NCBI GenBank assembly: GCA_026417975.1
Contig: JAOACD010000007.1
Span: 4,994-68,993 of the forward strand
Length of the DNA stretch: 64,000 nucleotides
Source: Melioribacter sp.
GTDB lineage: Bacteria; Bacteroidota; Ignavibacteria; Ignavibacteriales; Melioribacteraceae
Direction: 5' to 3'
The notes beneath the pieces were generated by a model, which saw only the letters and a program-made list of their open reading frames with translations, was not told the origin of the DNA and searched no databases. Shown piece by piece: positions 32,431 through 41,901 of this stretch. A program made the position numbers and the translations under genes. Numbering within the stretch: position 1 is the first letter of the stretch; each line of letters opens with the position of its first letter.

Positions 32431-33351
32431 TTACCAAGGTTTATCTAAGCCCAAAAGATTTAATTTTTCTTCAAATTCATTTCTTTCTCTGTTTTTAGTA
32501 AGACGGTTATCTATTTTATTTAACCAGCCAAGATTCTCTGCTATTTTTAATGCTTCTTCAAAATTATTTTTTACTAAAGCATTAATAATCTTTATTTCAT
32601 TTGCAGAAAGTGTAATTGAATTCATTTGATAATCAAGAAAAGCCTCCCATGCTAAAGGACACCATCTAGCAACTATTTCGTAACCTATAACTTTTGCATA
32701 TGATCTTATTTCATATTGAGCATGTGTATCCATTCTTAAAGCCAAAAAGTGTAATAAATTATGCAAATCAATTTTCCAATAAGCTTCTGTATACGTTGAA
32801 AGTGGTAAATCTTTTCTTGCTTGTTCTCTTGCAACACCTAGTTCCAATCTTTCTTGATAGACTTCGCGAGCAAAATTTTGTAATTCTTCCTCACGTTTAG
32901 ATAATTTTTCTCCAATCTTTAAATCAAGGTAACCATCACTACCTTGTTTGTTATCTTTTGACTGTAGACGCCATTGATTAGGCTCTGTTTTTTGTGCCGC
33001 GTCTATTGCAATTGAATATCTTGTAGAATATTCATTAACATTAGCAGTACGATGCCTAATCCACTGCCGCCATGTATCCATAGGAACACGTAGATGAAAT
33101 TTTATTTCGCACATTTCAAAAGGTGTTGTATGTTTGTTACGCATTAAATATCGTATTAATCCTCTATCCTCGCTAATTTTTTTTGTCCCTTTTCCATAAG
33201 AAACTCTTGCCGCCTGAACAATTGATTCATCAGAACCCATATAATCTATAACACGTACAAAACCATCATCGAGTACTGGGAATTTTTTCCCGAGTATTTC
33301 ATCAAGTGCCGGGACTGTTACTTTTTCTATTTTTTCGAAAACTTCTTCCAT
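32431..33351 (-). CDS. thyX: FAD-dependent thymidylate synthase
   Basis: AARVSY, HTTPFE, RHRTANVNEYSTRY ThyX motif, AQYEIR. Confidence 0.95.
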   Translation of the reverse strand: MEEVFEKIEKVTVPALDEILGKKFPVLDDGFVRVIDYMGSDESIVQAARVSYGKGTKKISEDRGLIRYLMRNKHTTPFEMCEIKFHLRVPMDTWRQWIRHRTANVNEYSTRYSIAIDAAQKTEPNQWRLQSKDNKQGSDGYLDLKIGEKLSKREEELQNFAREVYQERLELGVAREQARKDLPLSTYTEAYWKIDLHNLLHFLALRMDTHAQYEIRSYAKVIGYEIVARWCPLAWEAFLDYQMNSITLSANEIKIINALVKNNFEEALKIAENLGWLNKIDNRLTKNRERNEFEEKLNLLGLDKPW

Positions 33352-33352
33352 T

Positions 33353-34525
33353 TTAGTTCTCTAATTCTTTATTTGAAATCATTTTTTTTATAAACTCAAT
33401 TATTTTTTTTGCAGCTATATCTATTCCTTCAACTATATTTTCAATTGATTCTTCAGAAGATTCAAAGTATTCTGCAAGTTCGATTAGATGAATATTTTCA
33501 TTGTCAGGTAATTCTCCTTCCACTTCACCACATACAAGGTAGATTGGAATATTTTTGTCTACAAAATCATTTAATATTACCATTACTGCTTTATTCATAG
33601 CACTTTGGAAATCAAACTTGCCTTCTCCTGTAATAACTAAATTGCAATTAAGATTTTTTGAATTAATTTCTAAATCTTTTTTAATAAATTCTTCTCCATA
33701 TTTTTCATTTGAATTAAAGAAAATCTTAAAACCAGCTGCAAGTCCTCCACCAGCTCCACTAAGTTTGTTTATAAAATCCTCATTAAGTTCAAGCTCTTTT
33801 AATATATTTTGAAAACCTTTTTCAAGTTTAATTACATCTTCTTTTGAAGCTCCTTTTTGTTGGGCAAATGCTCTACAAGCACCTTTCTTACCAAGCAATG
33901 GATTTTCTACATCAAGAATTACTTCAATGTCAAAAGGTAATTCAACCTGAGGTACAATTATTTTTTTAACATTTGTAAAATTTTTTGGTAGTACTTCAAG
34001 TTTATTATCATGTTCATCATAAATTTCTAAGCCAAAAGCTTCCATCATACCTAGGCCAAGATCATTAATTCCAGTACCTCCGATACCAATAATCACATGC
34101 TTAACATCGAACAAACCACTGTCAATACTATTTATAATTTGTATTAGCAACTCGCCCATTCCTCTAGAAGAAAGTTCAAGGGGATTTCTAAAATCTTTTG
34201 GAATTCTTTTTAAGCCTAAGACTTCAGCAGATTCTATGAATAATAATTTTTTATCTATAGAATATCCAACGGGGCAAGAAAACTTTTCTTTACCAAATGG
34301 ATATGGAATATCAAAATGAAATAATTCTAAGCCATAATAATATTTACATACTTCTAAAAACCCATCGCCACCATCAGAAATTGGTTTATACAAAAAATTA
34401 ATTTGATTCTTTAATTCACTAGGGGTGTAAGTTTCAAAGGCTGATTTGAAAATTGCAACAAGTTCAACTGCATCAGCACATTCTTTAAAACTATTCGGGG
34501 CAACAAGAACATTTATATTATTCAT
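33353..34525 (-). CDS. Glycerate kinase (GlxK/GarK family), divergent
   Basis: APNSFKE, SDGGDG, NPLLG, QKGA, TGEGKFD. Confidence 0.82.
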   Translation of the reverse strand: MNNINVLVAPNSFKECADAVELVAIFKSAFETYTPSELKNQINFLYKPISDGGDGFLEVCKYYYGLELFHFDIPYPFGKEKFSCPVGYSIDKKLLFIESAEVLGLKRIPKDFRNPLELSSRGMGELLIQIINSIDSGLFDVKHVIIGIGGTGINDLGLGMMEAFGLEIYDEHDNKLEVLPKNFTNVKKIIVPQVELPFDIEVILDVENPLLGKKGACRAFAQQKGASKEDVIKLEKGFQNILKELELNEDFINKLSGAGGGLAAGFKIFFNSNEKYGEEFIKKDLEINSKNLNCNLVITGEGKFDFQSAMNKAVMVILNDFVDKNIPIYLVCGEVEGELPDNENIHLIELAEYFESSEESIENIVEGIDIAAKKIIEFIKKMISNKELEN

Positions 34526-35033
34526 TTCCTTTTTTTAATATTTTATCAAATGCTTCTATTAAGTTTTTTTTTGTATGAAGTAAGTCCTGTGAAATAACTT
34601 TAACCTCACCAAGCACAGGGATAAAATTAGTATCACCATTCCATCTTGGTACAACATGGAAGTGAATATGTTCATCAATGCCAGCACCGGCTGCCTTGCC
34701 AAGATTAGCACCAAAGTTATATCCATGAGGTTGCATTGTCAAATCTAAAGCTTTCAAAACAAGTTTAGTAGTTTCCATTATTTCAGTCATCTCACTTGTA
34801 TTTAATTGATTAAAAGAAGAGATGTGGCGATATGGAATTACCATTACATGTCCACTATTATAAGGATATAAATTCAACATTACATAACATAAACTTCTTT
34901 CAAGAACTTTTAAAGATTTCTCATCATTGATGTCTTCATTAATTGCATTACAAAAGATGCATTCTTCATTATTTTTTTTCTTAATAAATGATTCTATATA
35001 TTGAGAACGCCATGGTGACCACAAACGTTTCAT
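34518..35033 (-). CDS. HIT family nucleotide hydrolase/phosphorylase (Ap4A phosphorylase-like)
   Basis: LWSPWR, LNLYPYNSGH, HIHFHVVPRW. Confidence 0.9.
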   Translation of the reverse strand: MKRLWSPWRSQYIESFIKKKNNEECIFCNAINEDINDEKSLKVLERSLCYVMLNLYPYNSGHVMVIPYRHISSFNQLNTSEMTEIMETTKLVLKALDLTMQPHGYNFGANLGKAAGAGIDEHIHFHVVPRWNGDTNFIPVLGEVKVISQDLLHTKKNLIEAFDKILKKGNE

Positions 35034-35052
35034 TATCCTCCTGTAAATAAAA

Positions 35053-35074
35053 AAGGCGGAATTAATTCCGCCTT
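35053..35074 (-). terminator. Intrinsic terminator after EF-G2
   Basis: Perfect palindrome AAGGCGGAATTAATTCCGCCTT followed by a T-run on the minus strand. Confidence 0.75.
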
Positions 35075-35087
35075 AAATTAATAAAAA

Positions 35088-37184
35088 TTATTCTGTTTCT
35101 TCTTCTTTTTGTTTCTGATATTCTTCAATAATTTTTGCTTCAATTTCTTTTGGAACTTCCTCGTAATGAGAAAAACTCATCGTAAACATTCCTCTTCCTG
35201 AAGTTAAACTTCTAAGTTGAGTAGAATATTTATGTAACTCTGCCAAAGGAATTTTGGCTTTAATTATCTGAAATGGACTTTCGGAATCCATACCTATAAT
35301 TTTTCCACGCCTACTAGAAATATCTCCCATTACATCACCCATAAATTCTTCTGGTATTTTTATTGTAACATCGTAAATTGGTTCAAGAAGAACAGGCTTT
35401 GCTTCTAAAAATCCTTTTTTGAAAGCTTGTGATGCAGCTATTTTAAATGAAATTTCATCAGAGTCCACAGGGTGATGAGTTCCATCAAACAAAGTTACTT
35501 TTACATCAACCACTTTACTACCTGTTAGAATTCCTTTTGCCATTATTTCTCTTAATCCTTTTTCTACAGCTGGTATAAATCGTCCGGGAACTACACCACC
35601 TACTATTGCATCCACAAATTCAAATCCTGCCCCTCTTGGTAGAGGCTCCAATTTTAAATGTACATGACCATATTGTCCTCGTCCACCAGATTGTTTTTTA
35701 TGCTTATACTCTGCATCCTCACAAACACCTTTAATTGTTTCTCGGTATGGGATTTTAGGTTCTACTAAATCTACATCAACTCCATAGCGATCTTTTAACA
35801 ATTTAACTGCAAGACTTAACTGAAGTTCCCCTTGCCCAGAAATTACAGTCTGAGAAATTTCAGGATCATATTTTGCCGATATTGTGGGTTCTTCTGCATG
35901 AGCTATATGAAGAGCAGCCGATATTTTATCTTCGTCACCTTTTGCTTTTGGTTTTACTGCAAAACGTATTACAGGTTCTGGATATTCAATATTTGGTAAC
36001 ACAACAGTAAAGTTCTTTGAACAAAGTGTATCGCCAGTATGGCTATCTTTTAATTTTACTACAGCACCAATATCTCCAGCAATAATTTTGCTAACCTCTG
36101 TTCTATTTCTTCCATTTAAGACAAATAATTGACCAAACCTTTCTACTTTATCTTTGTGAGTATTAACTAAATCCATGCCCGGGGTAAGAGTTCCAGAGTA
36201 AACTTTAAAGATAGAAAGTTCACCCACATGCTGTTCCGAAAGAGATTTGAAAATGAATAGAACAACTTCGCCATTAGGATCACAATTAATCTTTACTTTT
36301 GTACCACCTTCTTTCATTACTCCTTCAATTGCCTCTCTTTCATTAGGTGCTGGGAAATAATCATGAACAAAATCTAAAAATGTATTTGCCCCAACACCTT
36401 TAGTTGCAGCAAAAGGAAATGCAGGTATTAAGCTTCTTTTAATAATTGCTGTCTTTATACCTTTCTTAAGGTCCTCACTACTAAGAGTTCCTTCTTCAAA
36501 AAACTTATTCATTAGTTCTTCATCGGATTCTGCAACTTTTTCAATCAATTCTTCACGTAATTTCTGAGCTTGCTCCATTAATTCAGTAGGTATATCAGAT
36601 TCGACAATCTTTTTTGTACCTGCAGCACCATATGTAATCATTTTCATTTTCGTTAAGTCTACAATCGAGTCAAAATTAATCCCTTCTTTTGCAGGGAAAG
36701 CAACTACTGTAACGTCGGGACTCAATCGATTCTTTGCCATTTTAACAGTATCAAAAAATTTTGAATGTTCATTATCCACTTTATTAACTATTATTGCTGC
36801 AGGAAGATTATTCTTCTTAACATAATCCCATGTTAACTCTGTACCTACTTCTACACCTTCGGCGCTTTTAATAACTGAAACAGCAACATCAACTACATAT
36901 AAACTCGAAATAACTTGTCCAATAAAATCTGGAAAACCTGGAGTATCAATTAGGTTAATTTTTGTGCTATTCCATTCCATATTAAGAGGGGTTGCATAAA
37001 TAGAAATTTGTTTTTCAATTTCATTTTGATTGAAATCTGATGTAGTATTCCCCTCTTCAATTTTCCCAATTCGATTGATTTGACCAGCAGTAAATAAAAG
37101 TAACTCAGAAATGGAAGTTTTACCACTTCCACCGTGACCAATTAAGGCTAAATTTCTAATGAAAGCTGGATTTAACTCTTTCAA
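35088..37184 (-). CDS. fusA2: Elongation factor G paralog (EF-G2 type)
   Basis: GHGGSGKT, DTPG, NKVD, KKQSGGRGQYG; switch I is EIEKQISI rather than RGITI; outside the str operon; TTG start. Confidence 0.88.
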   Translation of the reverse strand: MKELNPAFIRNLALIGHGGSGKTSISELLLFTAGQINRIGKIEEGNTTSDFNQNEIEKQISIYATPLNMEWNSTKINLIDTPGFPDFIGQVISSLYVVDVAVSVIKSAEGVEVGTELTWDYVKKNNLPAAIIVNKVDNEHSKFFDTVKMAKNRLSPDVTVVAFPAKEGINFDSIVDLTKMKMITYGAAGTKKIVESDIPTELMEQAQKLREELIEKVAESDEELMNKFFEEGTLSSEDLKKGIKTAIIKRSLIPAFPFAATKGVGANTFLDFVHDYFPAPNEREAIEGVMKEGGTKVKINCDPNGEVVLFIFKSLSEQHVGELSIFKVYSGTLTPGMDLVNTHKDKVERFGQLFVLNGRNRTEVSKIIAGDIGAVVKLKDSHTGDTLCSKNFTVVLPNIEYPEPVIRFAVKPKAKGDEDKISAALHIAHAEEPTISAKYDPEISQTVISGQGELQLSLAVKLLKDRYGVDVDLVEPKIPYRETIKGVCEDAEYKHKKQSGGRGQYGHVHLKLEPLPRGAGFEFVDAIVGGVVPGRFIPAVEKGLREIMAKGILTGSKVVDVKVTLFDGTHHPVDSDEISFKIAASQAFKKGFLEAKPVLLEPIYDVTIKIPEEFMGDVMGDISSRRGKIIGMDSESPFQIIKAKIPLAELHKYSTQLRSLTSGRGMFTMSFSHYEEVPKEIEAKIIEEYQKQKEEETE

Positions 37185-37215
37185 GATTATTTCTCCTTAC
37201 ATTAAAAAACAATAT

Positions 37216-37599
37216 TTATTTTTTCTTAAATGTTTGCCAAAATGTTGAAATGCCTTTTACAAAAGCACGAAGATTTTTGATAAAATCTTTTATAGGATTT
37301 TCATTACTCTGATATGATTTAGGCGAAGTGAAATTCGCTAATTTTTCTCTTATCCTCTTTATAGAATTATCAAGTTCTTCCCAATACCCTTCAATTCCAT
37401 TAACAACACGTGTTGCTCTATTAGAGACCTCTGTTAAATTATCTAAAACAGGGATTACTCTATCGACAAGCTTACTAACATCCTTCTGAATTGCCTCTGC
37501 ACTTTTAAGCAAAGCTCTTAAAGTAAAAATCAAATAAATACAGAGCACAGAAGCTAATAGAATAAGAACTGCAAGTAAAATATCAATAAGCACTTCCAT
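37216..37599 (-). CDS. DUF948/YoxC-like membrane-anchored coiled-coil protein
   Basis: N-terminal TM helix plus coiled coil; paired with ytxH. Confidence 0.7.
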   Translation of the reverse strand: MEVLIDILLAVLILLASVLCIYLIFTLRALLKSAEAIQKDVSKLVDRVIPVLDNLTEVSNRATRVVNGIEGYWEELDNSIKRIREKLANFTSPKSYQSNENPIKDFIKNLRAFVKGISTFWQTFKKK

Positions 37600-37601
37600 T
37601 A

Positions 37602-38021
37602 TTATGCTTCTTTTTCAGTTTTATATGCTTCTACACCAGCTTTTACGGCTGTTTTTAGTCTTTCCCCTTCTTTTTCAATCTTATCCTTTGTTGATTGAAC
37701 AACATTACCAGCTTTATCTTTTGCTTCACTTAAAATTTTTTCTGCCTCGTTAAGAAGTACACTCACTTTTTCTTTAGCTTCTGCAACCAACTGTTCAGAT
37801 TTTTTTTTGCCTTCGTTAATTAATTGATTAGCTTTTTCTTTTGCTGTGGACAAATATGTTTCTGCATCTTCTAAAAAGTCCTGAGATTTCCTTTTAATAT
37901 CTTCTCTTAATTCCTTACCAGATTTTGGTGCAAAAAGCAATGCAATAATTGAACCTACTGCAGCACCCGTTAAAAATCCAATTAATAATCCTTTTCCTAA
38001 GCCATTATCTTCAGAAGCCAT
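37602..38021 (-). CDS. YtxH domain protein
   Basis: GFLTGAAVG...LLFAPKSGKELR. Confidence 0.88.
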   Translation of the reverse strand: MASEDNGLGKGLLIGFLTGAAVGSIIALLFAPKSGKELREDIKRKSQDFLEDAETYLSTAKEKANQLINEGKKKSEQLVAEAKEKVSVLLNEAEKILSEAKDKAGNVVQSTKDKIEKEGERLKTAVKAGVEAYKTEKEA

Positions 38022-38141
38022 ATTAACCTCCGTTTTCTAAGTTTTGTATGTTGCCAAAATAATAAGCATAGCTTCTAAAATCAAGGATTCTGTAAAAAGT
38101 ATAGCTTATAAAAAATTACTACATTAATAGATATTCTTTAA

Positions 38142-38149
38142 TAATTTTG
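38142..38149 (+). promoter_or_regulatory. TAnnTTTG promoter element
   Basis: TAATTTTG 26 nt upstream of ATG 38175. Confidence 0.45.
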
Positions 38150-38174
38150 TTAAAAAAAATTATAATATGAAAAT

Positions 38175-39215
38175 ATGAAATATTTGATTACAGGTGGAGC
38201 TGGTTTTTTAGGAATAAATTTAATTAGATATTTATTGGATAAATCAAACTCAAAAATCATTTCACTAGATATAGTAGATTTTGACTATGAAGATGTAAAA
38301 TCAAAAATAACTGTAATCAAAGGGGATATAAGAAATGCTAGTTTAATTGAAAACTTAATGGATGATATTGATATAGTTATTCATGCAGCTGCTGCTCTGC
38401 CACTTTATAAAAAAAGCGATATTTATTCTACTGATATTGCAGGTACATACAATCTATTATCATGTGCACAAAAAAAGAAAGTAAAAAAATTCATTCACAT
38501 TTCCTCTACAGCTGTGTATGGTATCCCAGAGTATCATCCAATATATGAAGATAGTAAATTAAATGGCGTAGGTGATTACGGGAAAGCAAAAATTGAAGCA
38601 GAAAAAATATGCCTCGATTTTAGAAATAAAGGAATGTGTGTCACAATATTAAGACCAAAAACTTTTATCGGCCCAGAAAGACTTGGAGTTTTTTCAATAC
38701 TTTATGAATGGGCAATGAAAGGAAAAAATTTCCCTATATTAGGAAACGGGAACAATAAATACCAATTATTAGATGTTGAAGATTTATGTCAAGCAATATA
38801 TAAATGCTCGTTATTACCTAACGAAATGGTTAATGATACATTTAATATTGGAGCAAAAATTTTTAATACAATCAAAGAAGATTTTCAAGCTGTTTTAGAC
38901 TATGCAGGCCATGGCAAAAGGATAGTATGTTTACCCTCGTTTCCCTTTGTTATTTCATTAAAAATTTTTGAAATACTAAAATTATCGCCTTTTTACAAAT
39001 GGATTTATAATACAATAGATAAAGATTCATATGTATCAATAGAAAAAGCAGAAAAGAAATTAGGATTTAGACCAAAATTTTCTAATAAAGAGGCCCTCAT
39101 TAGGAATTATGAATGGTTTGTTCAAAATTATAGTTTAATAAAAAACAAAAAAGGTATAAATCATCGAAGTTTATGGGAAGAAGGAATTATTAAATTTGCT
39201 AAATATTTTTTCTAA
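38175..39215 (+). CDS. NAD-dependent epimerase/dehydratase (extended SDR)
   Basis: GGAGFLG, HAAA, ISSTAVYG, YGKAK. Confidence 0.88.
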   Translation: MKYLITGGAGFLGINLIRYLLDKSNSKIISLDIVDFDYEDVKSKITVIKGDIRNASLIENLMDDIDIVIHAAAALPLYKKSDIYSTDIAGTYNLLSCAQKKKVKKFIHISSTAVYGIPEYHPIYEDSKLNGVGDYGKAKIEAEKICLDFRNKGMCVTILRPKTFIGPERLGVFSILYEWAMKGKNFPILGNGNNKYQLLDVEDLCQAIYKCSLLPNEMVNDTFNIGAKIFNTIKEDFQAVLDYAGHGKRIVCLPSFPFVISLKIFEILKLSPFYKWIYNTIDKDSYVSIEKAEKKLGFRPKFSNKEALIRNYEWFVQNYSLIKNKKGINHRSLWEEGIIKFAKYFF

Positions 39216-39247
39216 GTTCATAATAGTATAATAGTTATAAGATTAAT

Positions 39248-39255
39248 TATATTTG
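39248..39255 (+). promoter_or_regulatory. TAnnTTTG promoter element
   Basis: TATATTTG 31 nt upstream of ATG 39286. Confidence 0.45.
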
Positions 39256-39285
39256 CAAACAAAATTAAAAAATAAAGGAATAAAT

Positions 39286-40329
39286 ATGGCAGCAAAAAAA
39301 GACTATTTACAAAAAATAATTAAACACATAGACATTAAAGAGCATAACGTCGTAAATCTTGTTGATGCGATGGAACATATGGCTTTTAGCGCAAGAGATT
39401 TAAATCGCGCAGCTCGTATCTATGATATGATGTTAAGGGATAAAGAATGTACAATAATTCTAACTCTAGCAGGAAGTTTATTCAGTGCTGGATTAAAAAA
39501 AGTTGTTTATGATTTAGTTACGAATAATATGGTCGACGTTATTGTCTCTACTGGCGCCATAATGGTAGACCAAGATTTCTTCGAAGCACTTGGTTTTAAA
39601 CACTATATCGGAAGTCCTTATGTTGACGATAATGAATTAAGAGAATTACACATCGACAGAATATATGATACTTTTATTGATGAAGATGAATTAAGAATAT
39701 GCGATGAAACAACTGCCAAAATTTTTGATAGCTTAGAACCAAAACCATATTCATCAAGAGAACTTTTATGGCACTTTGGTAAATACCTTGATGAAAATGG
39801 GGGACCAAAAGTAGATGATTGCGTAATTTATGCAGCCTATAAAAATAATGTTCCAATTTTTGTACCTGCTTTTTCCGATTGTTCTGCAGGTTTTGGAATA
39901 GTAATCCATCAACATAACAATCCAGAAAAACATGTCTCTTTTGATTCTGGTAAAGATTTTTATGAACTGACGCAAATTAAGATTAACAGTAAACAAACTG
40001 GTATATTTATGATTGGTGGTGGAGTTCCAAAAAACTTTACTCAAGATGTAGTAGTTGCAGCGGATATATTACAAGAAAATGCACCAATGCATAAGTATGC
40101 AATTCAAATTACAGTTGCCGATGTTAGAGATGGTGCACTTTCAAGTTCAACTTTAAAGGAGGCAAGTTCTTGGGGAAAAGTAGAAACTACTTTTGAACAA
40201 ATGGTTTATTCAGAAGCTACATTAGCTATGCCTTTAATTGCAGGATATGCCTATCATAAAGGGGCATGGAAAAATAGAGAAAAAAGAGAACTGCAAAAGT
40301 TATTTATTAAAAAAGAAGTTACAGTGTAA
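39286..40329 (+). CDS. Deoxyhypusine synthase-like protein (SpeY-type, homospermidine pathway)
   Basis: IVSTGA, DRIYD, PAFSD, GGGVPKNF, GALSSSTLKEASSWGK; start moved to ATG 39286 (MAAKK, AAGGA SD). Confidence 0.88.
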   Translation: MAAKKDYLQKIIKHIDIKEHNVVNLVDAMEHMAFSARDLNRAARIYDMMLRDKECTIILTLAGSLFSAGLKKVVYDLVTNNMVDVIVSTGAIMVDQDFFEALGFKHYIGSPYVDDNELRELHIDRIYDTFIDEDELRICDETTAKIFDSLEPKPYSSRELLWHFGKYLDENGGPKVDDCVIYAAYKNNVPIFVPAFSDCSAGFGIVIHQHNNPEKHVSFDSGKDFYELTQIKINSKQTGIFMIGGGVPKNFTQDVVVAADILQENAPMHKYAIQITVADVRDGALSSSTLKEASSWGKVETTFEQMVYSEATLAMPLIAGYAYHKGAWKNREKRELQKLFIKKEVTV

Positions 40330-40351
40330 TTAGAAATTAATGAAAATATAA

Positions 40352-40392
40352 AAGAGCAAGAGTTAAACAATCAGCTTTTAACTCTTGCTCTT
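40352..40392. terminator. Bidirectional terminator between the DHS-like gene and mdh
   Basis: AAGAGCAAGAGTTAAA-N9-TTTAACTCTTGCTCTT, 16-bp stem between convergent genes. Confidence 0.75.
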
Positions 40393-40398
40393 AAGAGC

Positions 40399-41364
40399 CT
40401 AATAACCCAATCTTTTCATATCAGCCACAAGAGATTTTACCGCATTAACCGAGTTTTCGAACATCTTCCTTTCTTCATCGTTTAACGATATTTCTATAAT
40501 TTTTTCAACACCATTTTTACCAAGTACAGCTGGGACTCCCACGTAATATCCATCTACCCCATATTCTCCCTTTAGGTATGCACAAGTAGGAAGAACTCTT
40601 TTTTCGTCATACAAAATAGACTTTGCCATAGCTGTAGCAGCTGCCGCAGGAGAATAAAATGCAGAGCCTGTTTTAAGAAGTTTAACAATTTCTCCACCTG
40701 CCATCTTTGTTCTTTGAACAATTGCGTCCATAACTTCTTTTGCCTTTTCTGCACTATTATATTTTCTTTCAAGCAATTCCATCACTGGAATACCATTTAC
40801 ATTAGCATATCTTACAAGTGGAACCATAGTATCACCATGTCCACCCAAAACCATTGCATTTACATTTTTAACAGAAACACCTAACTCCCAAGCAATAAAA
40901 GTTGCAAAACGAGATGAATCAAGAACTCCAGATTGTCCCATAACACGGTGGGTAGGGAACCCACTTACTTCTTGAAAAAGAGTGACCATTGCATCAAGAG
41001 GGTTAGATATTACAATTACAATTGAATTTGGCGCATAAGCTTTAACATTTTCTGCAACAGTTTTCATAATATTTGCATTAGTTGAAAGTAAATCATCTCT
41101 ACTCATCCCAGGTTTTCGAGGTAATCCAGCAGTAATAATAACCAAATGAGCATCTGAAATATCTTTATAGTCATTAGTGCCTTTAACTACAACATCAAAT
41201 AAGTCGATACCAGCTGCTTCTGCTATATCCAGTGCTTTACCTTGCGGTAAATCTTCTACTATGTCATAAAGAACTATATCACCTAATTCTCTTTGAGCTA
41301 TTAATTGAGTGAGAACCCCCCCTATTTGGCCCCCACCTATGAGAGCAATTTTTTTTCTTTCCAT
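40399..41364 (-). CDS. mdh: Malate dehydrogenase (LDH-like tetrameric type)
   Basis: [32 protein letters not shown]; start set at ATG 41364 (GGTGA SD). Confidence 0.94.
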   Translation of the reverse strand: MERKKIALIGGGQIGGVLTQLIAQRELGDIVLYDIVEDLPQGKALDIAEAAGIDLFDVVVKGTNDYKDISDAHLVIITAGLPRKPGMSRDDLLSTNANIMKTVAENVKAYAPNSIVIVISNPLDAMVTLFQEVSGFPTHRVMGQSGVLDSSRFATFIAWELGVSVKNVNAMVLGGHGDTMVPLVRYANVNGIPVMELLERKYNSAEKAKEVMDAIVQRTKMAGGEIVKLLKTGSAFYSPAAAATAMAKSILYDEKRVLPTCAYLKGEYGVDGYYVGVPAVLGKNGVEKIIEISLNDEERKMFENSVNAVKSLVADMKRLGY

Positions 41365-41433
41365 TTTTTCACCATTAAAAATTAGATTTTCGGACATAAT
41401 ATATGAAGATAAGTATGAATTTCATAGCATGAT

Positions 41434-41847
41434 TTATTTAAGAGTTAAGACCAATACAGTTTCTGTACCGTCTTCGCAAAAATTGTAATGAAGTTCATCA
41501 AGGAATGATTTCATGATGTGAATTCCACGCCCACTCTCTTTTAGAATATTCTCTTCTTTTGTTGGATCGGGCACTGAATTAATATCGAAGCCTTTCCCTT
41601 GGTCTTTTATTCTTATTACTATTTTAGATTCATTAACTTCTACTTTTATCTTAACTACTTTACTAGGATCGCATTTATTCCCATGCACAATACTATTTGC
41701 AAGTGCTTCAGAAAATGCTAATGATAAATTATTGAATTTTTCTGGATTTAATCCTGACTTCCTTGCTATATCAATTATGAAACTATCGAGTTTAGGTACA
41801 ATTGAAGGGTCACTTTTAATTTCTTTATAATAACTTTTTAATATCAA
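41434..41847 (-). CDS. RsbW/SpoIIAB-like anti-sigma factor kinase (HATPase_c)
   Basis: EALANSIVHGN, DQGKGFD, SGRGIHIM. Confidence 0.87.
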   Translation of the reverse strand: MILKSYYKEIKSDPSIVPKLDSFIIDIARKSGLNPEKFNNLSLAFSEALANSIVHGNKCDPSKVVKIKVEVNESKIVIRIKDQGKGFDINSVPDPTKEENILKESGRGIHIMKSFLDELHYNFCEDGTETVLVLTLK

Positions 41848-41901
41848 GACATATCTCCTAAATCTACTATAAAATAAATTGGAATATTCTCTATATCAAT
41901 C

